In this document: positions 15,623 to 26,900 of the stretch, piece after piece
Position numbering within the stretch: the stretch's first letter is position 1
Layout: each line of letters starts with the position of its first letter
Virus record (IMG/VR): IMGVR_UViG_3300045988_119148
DNA: 42,550 bases
DNA from: a virus
Direction: 5' to 3' (one strand)
Made by a program: the position numbers and the translations under genes
The notes under the pieces: model-generated
The model's input: only the letters and a program-made list of their open reading frames with translations
Told to the model about the DNA's origin: nothing
The model's database searches: none

Positions 15623-17273
15623 GGCGTTATTCCATCAAAGCCGTATAAGGTTCCACGCACAAACAGCGTTAACGCCTAATCTATGCGGCCCCGTTACTGA
15701 CTTTTTGGCTTTTGTCCAAAACCTTATACCGAATGATAAATTCAAGATATTTAAAACATTATTCCGTTATCCCGTTAAAACTAACGAGATAACGGGAATT
15801 TGTTTTGATAAGCTAAGCAGAATCTTTGACGGGCGAAACCCTGCGTTTAACTATCAGTTTATGAATACTGAACAGCGCGACGACTGGGAGTATTATCGTC
15901 AGGAAGTTCTGCATGAGCCGGAAATTTGGTCGGGGAAAGGATGGGAATTTTTCAAGACTGAAATAAATAGCGTCCTTATTGTAGACATGCCTGCCGAAAA
16001 GAATGATTCGGGGTATCCTACGCCGTATTTCTATTGGTTGCCTATTGCTGATGTTATTACGTATGAAGTCGATGCCTCGACCGGCCTAATGAAATGGATT
16101 ATATTCAGGCAGGAGGGGGAACGTATTGCGGTTATTGATGATGAAAGATATAGAGTGTTTGAAGGGAAAAACAATAATATCGGAACTTTGATAATTGAAA
16201 ATGCGCATGATTTAGGGTATTGCCCGGCTCGTTTCTTTTGGAATGAATCTATAAACTTAGCAGACCCCGATATAAAGATTTCGCCGTTAACAAAGGAATT
16301 AGAGGCTTTAGATTGGTACCTTTTCTTCCACATATCTAAGCGACATTTAGACTTATACGGGTCATATCCGATATATTCAGGCTATGAGCAAAACTGTGAT
16401 TTTGTGGACGACCAAAGCGGAGACTATTGCGACGGCGGTTTCTTGAAGGACAAACAAGGGCACTACAAATTAGATATGGCCGGTTTATTAATGCGTTGCC
16501 CGAAATGTGGCGATAAGCATATAGCAGGTGCCGGTTCTTTTGTAGAGATACCAATACCGGACGGCGAAAACCAACCGGATTTAAGAAACCCCGTGCAGAT
16601 TCTGACAGTTGACCGTAATAGTTTAGATTATAACGTAAGTGAGGATGAGAGACTCCGAACGAATATAATTACTGCTATTGTCGGCACAAATGAGGAAATA
16701 ACGACCCGCGACGCATTGAACGAACAGCAAATAAGGGCTAATTTTGAAAGCCAAAGCACCATCTTAAACCGGATAAAGAAAGGTTTTGAGGCTGCGCAGC
16801 AGTTTGTTGATGAAACGGTATGCCGGTTACGTTATGGAAATATGTTTATTTCTGCAAAGGTAAATTTAGGTACTGAATTTTATCTGTATGATGTCACAGA
16901 ACTAAGGGAACGTTATAAGGTGGCAAAGGAAAGCGGAGCGAGCGAAGGCGAGTTAGACGCTTTACAAAATCAGATAATCGAAACAGAGTATAGGAATGAC
17001 CCCTTACAGTTACAAAGGATGCTTATTTTGTCGGAATTGGAGCCGTATAGGCATTTAACACGTGAGGAAGCGTTAACACTGTTTGAAAAACAACTTATTA
17101 GCGAAGATGATTTAAGGGTTAAATTAAATTTTGCTAACTTTGTACGACGCTTTGAACGTGAGAATACAAACGTATTAGAGTTTGGAAGCTTAATACCGTT
17201 TAGTAAGAAAATAGATATAATAACTAAAAAAATGTATGACTATGCAAGTGAAAACAGAAACGGGACGAATTAA
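15555..17273 (+). CDS. Putative portal protein
   Basis: About 572-589 aa (alternative start at 15504). Size and position between the terminase and the scaffold/capsid genes support the call. No motif-level proof. Confidence 0.55.
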   Translation: MGLDISEIKKQITEPKKRQVINRALFHQSRIRFHAQTALTPNLCGPVTDFLAFVQNLIPNDKFKIFKTLFRYPVKTNEITGICFDKLSRIFDGRNPAFNYQFMNTEQRDDWEYYRQEVLHEPEIWSGKGWEFFKTEINSVLIVDMPAEKNDSGYPTPYFYWLPIADVITYEVDASTGLMKWIIFRQEGERIAVIDDERYRVFEGKNNNIGTLIIENAHDLGYCPARFFWNESINLADPDIKISPLTKELEALDWYLFFHISKRHLDLYGSYPIYSGYEQNCDFVDDQSGDYCDGGFLKDKQGHYKLDMAGLLMRCPKCGDKHIAGAGSFVEIPIPDGENQPDLRNPVQILTVDRNSLDYNVSEDERLRTNIITAIVGTNEEITTRDALNEQQIRANFESQSTILNRIKKGFEAAQQFVDETVCRLRYGNMFISAKVNLGTEFYLYDVTELRERYKVAKESGASEGELDALQNQIIETEYRNDPLQLQRMLILSELEPYRHLTREEALTLFEKQLISEDDLRVKLNFANFVRRFERENTNVLEFGSLIPFSKKIDIITKKMYDYASENRNGTN

Positions 17274-17724
17274 GGACGTTGGGATATTGGAGGTAACGCC
17301 TGAAAACTTTATTTGTCCGTCAAACGAAAGAAACATGTACCATTGTAGGATTGAAATCAAGAAATTCAATCCGGAGACCGGCGAAAGGCTATCAAAACCG
17401 CGTATCCAAGTTTTCGGAAAGAAATTCTTTGAGACGTTCGGACTACACAACCTCCGCAAACAGGGGTACACCGTTGATATTTTACACGACCCTAACCAAT
17501 TTGTAAAAGCCAATAGGGAACGGATTGCCGCCGAAGAACGAGCCAAAGCAGAAGCCGAAAAAGAGGCCGAAAGGCAAGCGATTAGAGCGCAAATATTGGA
17601 AGAACTAAAGGCCGAAGGCAAATTAAAAGAGCCGGAAGAAGAGGAAAAAGACAATAACGCGGCAAAGACAGAGACTGCGCGGCGTGTTGGTCGGCCTAAA
17701 AACAGTGAGAAAACAGAAGTTTAA
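17236..17724 (+). CDS. Hypothetical head-module protein with a charged coiled-coil C-terminus
   Basis: 162 aa with a segment RERIAAEERAKAEAEKEAERQAIRAQILEELKAEGKLKEPEEEE. Confidence 0.55.
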   Translation: MTMQVKTETGRIKDVGILEVTPENFICPSNERNMYHCRIEIKKFNPETGERLSKPRIQVFGKKFFETFGLHNLRKQGYTVDILHDPNQFVKANRERIAAEERAKAEAEKEAERQAIRAQILEELKAEGKLKEPEEEEKDNNAAKTETARRVGRPKNSEKTEV

Positions 17725-17742
17725 TTTTTAAATTATAGTGAT

Positions 17743-18015
17743 ATGGCACAGATTGCACAGCAAGACAACTTGATTATCGAGATTACCGGAGATTTGGATG
17801 CGATGAACGAAACTACAAAACAAAAGCTTATTGATTGCATCAAGGTGGGAACAATTACCGATGTTATTGTAGTATCGACAGAAGCCGCAAACAAAGTTAA
17901 TCACGGTAAAGTATTGGGCTATATGGTAGACACCACTGCGGCAGAATCCCCGAAGTATTCTGTTGCAATCATGGATGTTAATACCGGTACGCCGAATACG
18001 GTAAAACTTAATTAA
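17743..18015 (+). CDS. Hypothetical protein
   Basis: 90-aa ORF in the head module. Confidence 0.5.
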   Translation: MAQIAQQDNLIIEITGDLDAMNETTKQKLIDCIKVGTITDVIVVSTEAANKVNHGKVLGYMVDTTAAESPKYSVAIMDVNTGTPNTVKLN

Positions 18016-18031
18016 ATCAAAGGGAAAGATT

Positions 18032-18979
18032 ATGTTAACAAGAGAGATTTTAGCGGCAAACGCACAGTTATCGGGATTAACCGAAGAACAAATTAAAGCT
18101 ATCATAACTTTGTCGGAAAATGACGAAAATAGTGTGATAGCAAAAAAAACCGGTGAAATATACGGGGCTTTAGATAATGACATTCTGACCGTTTCCGGAA
18201 TCGCAAAGAATGGAACGGAAAAAACATACGACTACGCAAAGCGTGTCATGTCAGCAATGAAAGCCGATGCCGAAGCCGCAACGGGTTATAAATCGCAAAT
18301 TGACGCATTGACAAAAGAAAAGGCGCGACTTGAAAAAGCGATTGCAGACGGGGCAGCAGATGCCGAAACCGCAAAGGCTTTAAAACAAGCAAAAGCCGAT
18401 TTAGCAAACATTACTACACAGTACAACGAATTGAATACAAAGTACACGGATATTCAAGAGGCGCACAAAAAGGAACTGTTTGCGATTAAAATCGATAGCG
18501 AGTTACAAACAGCCGCAGGCGGTATTAAGTTTAAAGCCGGACTTCCGGAAGCCGTTACACGCGTAATTTTGCAGCAAGCCACGGAAAAAATAAAGGGCAT
18601 GAATCCCGAATATATCGACGATGGCAAGGGCGGCAAAATTTTGGCGTTTAAGGACGAAACCGGAGCCATTATGCGAAACCCTAACAATCAATTAAACCCG
18701 TTTGGTGCCTCTGACTTGTTACAAAAAGAGTTGAAAACTATGGGCGTTTTAGACGAAGGTCGGCAGGCCGGTGGTGGTGGCACTCATGGCGGTACGGGTG
18801 GAACGGGAAATAAGACCGTATTAGATGTGAGCGGAGCCAAAAGCCGTAATGAAGCGTATGAGGCTATCACAAACCATCTTTTAGCACAAGGTTTAACTAT
18901 TGGGTCGGCTGATTTTGACGCGGCTATGACGCAAGCCTGGAAAGATAATAATATCTCTTCATTACCGGAAACGGCATAA
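18032..18979 (+). CDS. Putative scaffolding protein
   Basis: 315 aa, Ala/Lys/Glu-rich and helical, with a Gly-rich patch GGGGTHGGTGGTG. It lies immediately upstream of the capsid gene. Confidence 0.45.
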   Translation: MLTREILAANAQLSGLTEEQIKAIITLSENDENSVIAKKTGEIYGALDNDILTVSGIAKNGTEKTYDYAKRVMSAMKADAEAATGYKSQIDALTKEKARLEKAIADGAADAETAKALKQAKADLANITTQYNELNTKYTDIQEAHKKELFAIKIDSELQTAAGGIKFKAGLPEAVTRVILQQATEKIKGMNPEYIDDGKGGKILAFKDETGAIMRNPNNQLNPFGASDLLQKELKTMGVLDEGRQAGGGGTHGGTGGTGNKTVLDVSGAKSRNEAYEAITNHLLAQGLTIGSADFDAAMTQAWKDNNISSLPETA

Positions 18980-19037
18980 AAAGCAAACAAGGGTAACGGG
19001 TCAACCCTATTAGATAACAATTTTAAAAAGTAGTATT

Positions 19038-20195
19038 ATGAGTTTAGTAGCAACAAGATTACAAAATTGGCGGGTAGAAAACCCTGAATTTGATAGGAAT
19101 ATGACCCGCCCCTGCGAGTATGGCGCACTTGATTTTTTTATAGAGCAAACCGATTCGGCGACCTCTATAATTTCGCCTAAATTGCGTGAGCGTGCATTCG
19201 CTTCTATTGGCAATACCGTACAAATCCCCGTAATTGATTACGATGGAAATGTACAAGTGTCTAACGTTCGCTCCTGCGTTATTCAAGACGATGAAAACAC
19301 TTCATCGCTTTATACTATTGTTTGGGCGACATACGCAATCGGATTTACTATGGTTCCGGCGGCTTATACAAACAACGAAATCAGCTATGAGCACGATTTC
19401 TTCCGTAAGATGGAAAAGACAACGCGTGCACTTGCTGACGCTTTGGATAAGGCCGCCGTTGCATCATTGGAAGCCGGAAAGACGCAAGTGTTTAAAGACA
19501 AGCTTAATTATACGGTTACAGGAAACACAATCGAAGTTCCTACGCAAATGGCAACGGAGATTTTGGGCGACATTAACCCGATTATGCGTGCAAACTGTTA
19601 TCCCGAATATATCCACATTATCGGGAATGCCGGTGTAGATTCACTTGTACGTAAACTTGCACAACACGGCGTATATAACGACGTCAATAAGCGTATGGAG
19701 TACGACAACAAAGTACTGCACTACACGAACAACGTAACGAACGAAGCAGGCAAAAACGGAACGTTCTACGCTGTTGCCGATGGAAATGTAGGCGTACTTA
19801 CTCGCGTAGACCGTGAAGCGTTACGCCGGACACGCGCTAATTTCCATGAATGGGATGTTGTACGTTTGCCGTATATTAATCTTCCGGTCGGATCACACTA
19901 TTATACGGCGGTCGGTGACCAGTCGCAAATTGCTGGCGATGCTACTTCCGATTTGACGTGTGCCGTTAAGGAATATTTCGGCTTTAGTGTAGATGTGGCT
20001 TTCTTGGTAGCTTATAACAGCGATGCTACAACAGTAGCAAACCCGATTATAAAGGCCGAAATTGCCGCACGTCCGGTAGACCAGCCATTAGGCATGCCGG
20101 TATATGTTACGAACTTGGGTGCCGATGGTGGTGCGATTGATATCCAAGTCACTAACACGAAGGAAGCCCCCGTTTTCACAAAGGCAGTAGAGTAG
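19038..20195 (+). CDS. Putative major capsid protein
   Basis: 385 aa. Position after the scaffold gene, followed by the strongest hairpin terminator in the late region. Confidence 0.55.
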   Translation: MSLVATRLQNWRVENPEFDRNMTRPCEYGALDFFIEQTDSATSIISPKLRERAFASIGNTVQIPVIDYDGNVQVSNVRSCVIQDDENTSSLYTIVWATYAIGFTMVPAAYTNNEISYEHDFFRKMEKTTRALADALDKAAVASLEAGKTQVFKDKLNYTVTGNTIEVPTQMATEILGDINPIMRANCYPEYIHIIGNAGVDSLVRKLAQHGVYNDVNKRMEYDNKVLHYTNNVTNEAGKNGTFYAVADGNVGVLTRVDREALRRTRANFHEWDVVRLPYINLPVGSHYYTAVGDQSQIAGDATSDLTCAVKEYFGFSVDVAFLVAYNSDATTVANPIIKAEIAARPVDQPLGMPVYVTNLGADGGAIDIQVTNTKEAPVFTKAVE

Positions 20196-20209
20196 TTAAT
20201 TTATAAACA

Positions 20210-20247
20210 ATATCCGGAGGTTTAAAGCCTCCGGATATTATCCTTTT
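20210..20247 (+). terminator. Rho-independent-type terminator after the capsid gene
   Basis: ATATCCGGAGG-tttaaag-CCTCCGGATAT is an 11-bp perfect stem, followed by tatccttttgtt. Confidence 0.6.
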
Positions 20248-20250
20248 GTT

Positions 20251-20445
20251 ATGAAAGTAAGAATTATAAATACTAAGGAATATCCGGAATGGAATAGTAG
20301 GGAAACATATTCTGCCGGTACCATTGTGCAGTATGACCTTAACGGGAATGACGATGAATTATACTGGGAGTCAATAAGGGATAATAATACAAATGAGATA
20401 CCCGGCGAGAGTGTATTATTTTGGAAGCCCTATAAGCAGTTATAA
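20251..20445 (+). CDS. Small protein with a CBM5/12-like aromatic motif
   Basis: 64 aa: EWNSRETYSAGTIVQYDLNG...LYWESIRDNNTNEIP...WKPY. Confidence 0.5.
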   Translation: MKVRIINTKEYPEWNSRETYSAGTIVQYDLNGNDDELYWESIRDNNTNEIPGESVLFWKPYKQL

Positions 20446-20461
20446 AAATGTTAGAATTATC

Positions 20462-21802
20462 ATGTACCGTATAAAAGAAATACAAGACGCATTATTGCAC
20501 GTCGTCGGGTGGGAGCAATCCTTTGACCCGGCAAAAGCAATTGACACGTATTTAACGCAAACGGAAAGCGGGTTGTATTTTCAAGGTGCGCACCCGCTTT
20601 TGACGTTGGATAATATGGCGGCGATTATGCCGGATGATTGGGGGCTACAATACCCGGAGTGGAACATGATTTTACCATACAAAGCAGGGCAAAAAGTACG
20701 TCATAACAATATTGTTTGGATTGCGAGAATTGATAATACCGGAGAGGAACCGACGGCGAGCGATTCTAATAATGATTACAGCCGGGAGGATTACGGGAAC
20801 CCATATTGGAAACCGTACAACATGTTGACGGACTTTTTGGAAAGAATGACACGAAACGGGATTGCAACCGCAATTCAGACATTTACCCAAATAAAACAGC
20901 TTGATAAGGAAACGCGCAATCTATTAGAAAGACGCACTTTCTTTGATGGTGCAGGCCGTATTCGCGCAACGTTGCAAAATACGCATAAACTGGTAGGCTT
21001 TGAAATCGTTCCGGTTCGGGCTTTAGGTGTGACTGCCAAAATAGAAAAAATCGGGTTGCAAATGACCGGCGGAACGGGCATAGTAAAAATGTATCTTTTC
21101 CACTCTTCCCAAATAGACCCGATAAAAACTTTTGATTTAGATTTTCAGGTTAAAAACGGCGGCTTTCAATGGTTTACTTTGGAAGACTGCTTTTTACCGT
21201 ATATTAGCAAAGATAATAATTCCGGTGGCAGTTGGTTCCTTTGTTATAATCAGGACGAATTACCGCAAGGAATGGAAGCTATAAACGTATCTAAAGACTG
21301 GAGCCGTGAGCCTTGCGGAACTTGTAATATTGGGTCGGTGGAAGTATGGCGAGAGTTAACGAAATATTTGCAAGTTACGCCGTTTATGTACAATGCGCCG
21401 GAAACATTCGCGGAATATCCGGAATTGTGGGATATAGCATATACAATGTACACCAACACGCAGAATTACGGGTTAAACTGTGAAATAACGGTCGGTTGTG
21501 ATTTAACGGACTTCATTATATCACAACGGCAGATATTCCAGGACGTAATCCAAAAGCAAGTAGCCGTAATAGCTTTACGCGCTTTAGCTATGAATCCTAA
21601 TGTACGAGTTAATCGGTACCAATCAAATGCGACGCGTACGGATATTCTGTATGAACTTGATGGGAATACGTCGGGGGTTCGCCCGGGCGGTTTGGGGTAT
21701 CAGTTGAAAAAAGCCTATGAGGCATTAAAATTAGATACGCAAGGGTTGGACCGCGTTTGTTTGTCCTGCAATAATAGAGGAGTGAGATATAAGGCCGTAT
21801 GA
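20462..21802 (+). CDS. Hypothetical structural protein (contains a second CBM5/12-like motif)
   Basis: ATG at 20462 (MYRIKEIQDA...). 446 aa. EWNMILPYKAGQKVRHNNIVWIARIDNTGEEPT...NPYWKPY. Confidence 0.6.
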   Translation: MYRIKEIQDALLHVVGWEQSFDPAKAIDTYLTQTESGLYFQGAHPLLTLDNMAAIMPDDWGLQYPEWNMILPYKAGQKVRHNNIVWIARIDNTGEEPTASDSNNDYSREDYGNPYWKPYNMLTDFLERMTRNGIATAIQTFTQIKQLDKETRNLLERRTFFDGAGRIRATLQNTHKLVGFEIVPVRALGVTAKIEKIGLQMTGGTGIVKMYLFHSSQIDPIKTFDLDFQVKNGGFQWFTLEDCFLPYISKDNNSGGSWFLCYNQDELPQGMEAINVSKDWSREPCGTCNIGSVEVWRELTKYLQVTPFMYNAPETFAEYPELWDIAYTMYTNTQNYGLNCEITVGCDLTDFIISQRQIFQDVIQKQVAVIALRALAMNPNVRVNRYQSNATRTDILYELDGNTSGVRPGGLGYQLKKAYEALKLDTQGLDRVCLSCNNRGVRYKAV

Positions 21803-22257
21803 AACTAATTGATAATTTGCGCCAACGTGTGACAGAGTTTAACGAGTTACTCCAGTCGGGGCGGTTGATTCAGTCTATAATATTGGAAAACGAGTACGTA
21901 ATAACAGATATGAACTCCGAAGACCAATTATATGAACAGGGTGTAAACCGCTTAGGCGTGAATATCATGGATTACGCACCTTATAGCCCCTTAACGATTG
22001 AAATTAAAAAGGAGAAAGGCCAACCGTACAACCGCGTAACATTGCGGGATGAGGGCGACTTTGAGCAGTCCTTTTATGTGGAAGCCGATACGCAACAATT
22101 CACGATAAAGGCGGCAGATTGGAAAACAGAGGATTTAATACAGCGTTACGGGCGGCAAATATTAGGACTTACGGAAGAAAATAAAATCATATTGATTTGG
22201 GCGTATATATATCCCGAATTAAAAGCTAAAACAAAGGAGTACATATATGGGAAATAA
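21799..22257 (+). CDS. Hypothetical head-tail joining module protein
   Basis: 152 aa, ATGA overlap. The call rests on position. Confidence 0.5.
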   Translation: MKLIDNLRQRVTEFNELLQSGRLIQSIILENEYVITDMNSEDQLYEQGVNRLGVNIMDYAPYSPLTIEIKKEKGQPYNRVTLRDEGDFEQSFYVEADTQQFTIKAADWKTEDLIQRYGRQILGLTEENKIILIWAYIYPELKAKTKEYIYGK

Positions 22258-22825
22258 TACAAGAGCGCCAATAATTAAGGCACCCGAATTATTAGACGTT
22301 GTTATTAATAACATTCAGACCGGATTAACGGACAATTTGGGGTGGTTAGATAAGGCTTTCGGACGTGCGGAAAGGCTTGTTAAATACGGCGCAAACCAAA
22401 AGAAGATATATACACCGAATATTTATATAGGTGGAAATGAATATCAGGAAGTAACGCCTGATGCAGGAATAGGGAACTTTTCCTTTTTTTGGATTGACGA
22501 CCCGCAGACGGTAGATTGGACACCGAAACAGTCAATAGGGCTAAAAAGCCCTTTTTCCCTTATTGTATGGTTTGATTATCGCACGGTATTCAATGACCCC
22601 AATACGCGGAACAAAGAAAGGATTAAGCGCGATATATTAGATGTCTTAAACGGCGGTTTTTGGCTAAAGGATGGCCGGATAGAAATAAATAGAATCTACG
22701 AGCTTGCAGAAAACATATATAGGGGGTTTTCGTTGGATGAAGTGGATAATCAGTTTTTAATGGCTCCTTATGGGGGATTCAGATTTGAAGGCATTATGGA
22801 GGTTACTGAAACATGTATAATATAG
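22247..22825 (+). CDS. Hypothetical structural protein (candidate tail tube or connector)
   Basis: 192 aa. The call rests on position only. Confidence 0.45.
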   Translation: MGNNTRAPIIKAPELLDVVINNIQTGLTDNLGWLDKAFGRAERLVKYGANQKKIYTPNIYIGGNEYQEVTPDAGIGNFSFFWIDDPQTVDWTPKQSIGLKSPFSLIVWFDYRTVFNDPNTRNKERIKRDILDVLNGGFWLKDGRIEINRIYELAENIYRGFSLDEVDNQFLMAPYGGFRFEGIMEVTETCII

Positions 22826-22829
22826 AGTT

Positions 22830-23108
22830 ATGATAAATTTGTTTTTGTTTGTAGGTGTGTTTTCGGTGGTAACGCTATTAGTAGCGTTTGCCGCCGCTTT
22901 TGTTCTTTTGCTTTTGCAAAAATGGGGTGTTATTGAATATGTGCAGGTACATGGAAATGATTTCTTTAGTGAAATGTTTCAGTGTAATTTCTGCCTCTCA
23001 TGGTGGACGGGGTGTTTTTTCGCTGTCTTATTTGCTATAATGTTAGGGGAGGGTTATTTCCTTTTAATCCCCGTATTTTCAACCGCATTAACACGTAAAA
23101 TGTTATGA
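22830..23108 (+). CDS. Small polytopic membrane protein
   Basis: 92 aa with about 3 hydrophobic helices and a CNFCLSWW motif, reminiscent of the DUF1360 family. Confidence 0.55.
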   Translation: MINLFLFVGVFSVVTLLVAFAAAFVLLLLQKWGVIEYVQVHGNDFFSEMFQCNFCLSWWTGCFFAVLFAIMLGEGYFLLIPVFSTALTRKML

Positions 23109-23878
23109 AGACATTAAAATTAACCGGTAAAACTATTGAGGTTTACGATGATATAGAAAATCTTCCGGTTACACGATTCCACAAGTATAATAAAATGCTT
23201 TTAGTCGATGCCGGTATAGGTTCGGATATAGCGGATTTTGATAAGCATATTTCGCGTATTGCCGCCTTTTTGGCAAAGAATGACAATAAGCAGGCTATTA
23301 CAGAGCTTGAAAATATACGCCAAAATGTGTACTTTATTCAATCGGGCGTATCGCCGCGAAATTTGGCCTTTGCCGTATTGGTTAAAAGCATAGACGGCAA
23401 ACCATGTGACGACCTTTCAGATGAGGGGTTAAAAAAGATAGTGGATATGTTCGACGATGTCCCATATAAGGATTTAGCCGCCTCAATCGAAGCGGTCAAA
23501 AAAAAAATAGATAGGGAGCTGCAAATATATTTCCCCCGTTTATTCGATGATGCAACGGTAAAAGAATATTATGACCAATTAAAGCGGCGTACAGTTCTAA
23601 TACTACAAACCATTATAGACGGTGGAAGCAAGCCAGAGAGAGAAAAGGAAATAGACGATATAACGGCAGAGTTAATAACGTACTTTAATCCTAAATCGTT
23701 TTCCGGTTCCGATAGTGTAGAGATAGAGCAAGATAAACAGTTTGAAAAGATGTGCTTAATGTTGTCGCAACATTTACATACAGACCCGAAAAATATGTCA
23801 GTACTGGCATATTATAACGCTTTTGAATACATTAAGGAGATGGTCAAAGACTTAAAACGCCGAAGTAAGGCGAAATAA
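23105..23878 (+). CDS. Hypothetical protein (candidate tail assembly chaperone by position)
   Basis: 257 aa, immediately upstream of the tape measure gene. Confidence 0.45.
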   Translation: MKTLKLTGKTIEVYDDIENLPVTRFHKYNKMLLVDAGIGSDIADFDKHISRIAAFLAKNDNKQAITELENIRQNVYFIQSGVSPRNLAFAVLVKSIDGKPCDDLSDEGLKKIVDMFDDVPYKDLAASIEAVKKKIDRELQIYFPRLFDDATVKEYYDQLKRRTVLILQTIIDGGSKPEREKEIDDITAELITYFNPKSFSGSDSVEIEQDKQFEKMCLMLSQHLHTDPKNMSVLAYYNAFEYIKEMVKDLKRRSKAK

Positions 23879-23980
23879 TCGCGATAGGGGCGTTTTTATC
23901 TTTGTTGTGGGGTGATACTACCTTATTAATGAAAACACGTCTTATATTTAAAATTTGAGCAAAATTAAAATTATAGAATC

Positions 23981-26900
23981 ATGGCAGATAACGACGCAAT
24001 TAAATACTCCGATTTGGTAAGCCCTGACAATTCAATAACAGAGCTTATAAAACAACTCGATGAACTTTCGGATACATATACGAACGCATTAAAGAATATC
24101 CGGACGGAAGCAATACAGTTAACCAAAGAATTGGAAAAGGTATCCGGCGCGACAGAAGACGGACGAAAGAAAACGAAAAAGAGCGCGGACGATGCAGACC
24201 GGTTAGCAAGAGCACAAAAAGAACTTGCTTTCGCTGAAAGTGAAACGGCTAAAAAAATTGCGGAGCTTAATCTCGCAAAGACAGAAGCCAACCAAATAAA
24301 CAAACTTGTTATAAAACTGAATCAGTCCGCCGAAGGTAGTTATAATCGTTTGTCGGCGCAGTATTCATTGAATAAAATCTACCTTAACAATATGACCAAG
24401 GCCGAACGCGAGGAGGCCGAAGCAAAAGAGGGGCTTATAACAAAAACCCGTGAACTATATAAATCTATGAATGAGTATCAGAAGTCCACCGGAAAAACCA
24501 ATCTTAACGTTGGTAATTATACGGAGGCTTCCGACGCAATTATTTCGTATGCGGATAGGCTAAAAGAGGCTTTAGGGCTTAATAATTCTTTTGGGGAGAG
24601 TCTTTTAGCTTTAGGCCGTGGCGGCAATGAAAGTAAGGAGGTGTTTGCCGCAATGTCCGACGGCGCAAAGGCTTTAGGAAATACCCTAATGTCTTTAATG
24701 ACAAATCCCGTATTTTTAGCAATAGCCGGAATCGCCGGAGCCGGTGTGGCGTTTAAGTTTTGGTACGATTATAACGCCGGATTAGTAGAGGCTACAAGAT
24801 TAACCCAACAATTTACGGGAAAAAGCGGCGATGATTTAAAGGCGTTCCGAAATCAAGTGCAAGCAGTAGCCGACACTTTTAACGCTGATTTCAAAGAAAC
24901 GCTTATTTCCGCAAATGCTTTAGCGAAACAATTCGGTATATCAGCAGACGAAGCAATACAATTAATACAAGACGGTTTTATAGCGGGTGGGGATGCAAAC
25001 GGCGAGTTTTTAAATACGTTGAAAGAATATCCTGCGTATTTTAAGGAGGCCGGAATATCCGCAAGTCAGTTTGTAGCTATTGTAGCCGAAACCAATAAGG
25101 CCGGTATTTTCTCTGATAAGGGAGTAGACGCTATAAAGGAGGGTAATTTGCGGTTACGCGAAATGACAACGGCAACCGCTGCCGCGCTTGATGGAATCGG
25201 CATTTCATCCACACAAGTACAAAAGGACTTGCAGACCGGCGCAAAGACAACGTTTCAGGTAATGCAGGAAGTTTCCGCAAAGTTGGCCGAATTGCCGGAC
25301 AGCGCACAAAGTGTGGGAACGGCAATAGCGGATATTTTCGGCGGTCCCGGCGAGGATGCAGGGTTACAATACCTTCGGACATTAAAAGATATATCTGCCG
25401 ATTTAGATACGGTAAAAAGCAAGGCCGGCGAATTAGGGCGGTTGCAAGAAGAACAACTACAAAGCGAGATTGAACTACAAAACGCTTTAGCAGGTTTGTT
25501 TGATGCTACGGGTGGCAGCTTTGAGGGCTTTACAACCTCTATAAAGGTGTTCATTAATCAGGGCTTAACGGCCTTGATAAAAGGTGTCGTTTCTTTGATA
25601 AATTATTTCATTGAGCTATACAATGAAAGCAATCTATTTAGAGCGTTTGTAGTGGCTCTTCCGGAAGTCTTTAAGACGGTATTTAACACGATAGGGAATC
25701 TTTTCGGGGCTTTAATAGATATGATACAAGCCGCCGGAAAAATATTCAAATCTGCATTCTCTTTAGATTGGGACGGGGTAAAGGAAGGCTTTACAGAGTT
25801 CGGGACAGCCTTTAGCGACCTAATCAATAAAGAGATAAAAGATGTTGCGGAAAGCCTTAATAATGGCATAAACCGGATGCAAAAGAAGATACCACCGTTA
25901 ACCATTCCGGTTAATGTGGGTACGCCGGACACATCAACGAAAACGACGGCTGCGGTAACGACTAAAACGCCCTCGGTTAAAACTGGCGGTACTGATACGA
26001 ATAAGCAAGCAAAGCAAGTGGAGACGGCCTATAAAAGAAATTTAGAGGCTACAAGAAAACTACAAGATGCACAGCTACAATTAGAGGCCGACGAATGGGA
26101 AAAAAGGCGTAAGCAAACAGAATACCAATATAAACGCCAAATAGAAGATTTAACGCACCAATTAGAGACCGAAAAAAGTATCACAGAATCAGAAAAGGAA
26201 ACTATAAATGCTACTATATTGGTGCTGGAGCAACGTTTAACGAATGATTTGCTAAAGATAGAGCAGCAGCGACAGTTGCAAGAATTGCAACTACAAAAGC
26301 AAAGTATTGAATTGCGCCTACAAGCCATTAAAGCGGGTACACAGGAAGAAAAGGCTTTAAGGTTAGAACTTTTGGAAAATGAACGCCAAACAGCGCAACT
26401 TCAAAACCAACAGAAGCCTGCCGGACAGAGACAAGATACCGGCGCGATAAATGCCGGATTCGATACACAAAGAACGGCTTTAATTCAGGAATACGCCGAC
26501 AAACAGATACAAGCGGAACTGCGTATTTTTGACCAACGGCAGGCACTTGCACAAAGCGAGTTTGATTTACTAAAGACAACGGAAGAAAAGAAAACACAAT
26601 TCCGGCTGCAAGCTGAAAAAGACAGGCTAAATAAGATTTTAGAATTAAATCAGCAGGCAGCGGTTAAAATGTCCGATGTTGAGGTACAAACGATAGAAAA
26701 CCAAATAGAACGAATAAACCAGCAAATCGAGGAATCAAAAAAAACAGATAGAACGCAGGACATATATAGTATTTTAGGACTTAATCTAAATGACGACCAA
26801 AAAGAAGCTATAAATACTTCTGTGTCTTATGCTTTAGAGGCGTTGAATACGTTGGCGCAGGCTAAAGTCGATGCGGCAAATAGGGCGGTAGAAGCGGCAC

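Noticed and set aside
23898-23905. TATCTTTG match upstream of the tape measure gene as a promoter.
   Set aside because: There is no TTTG/TTG at the -33 position. It sits in a short gap within an otherwise continuous late operon. It is possible but unsupported, so I did not list it as a feature.
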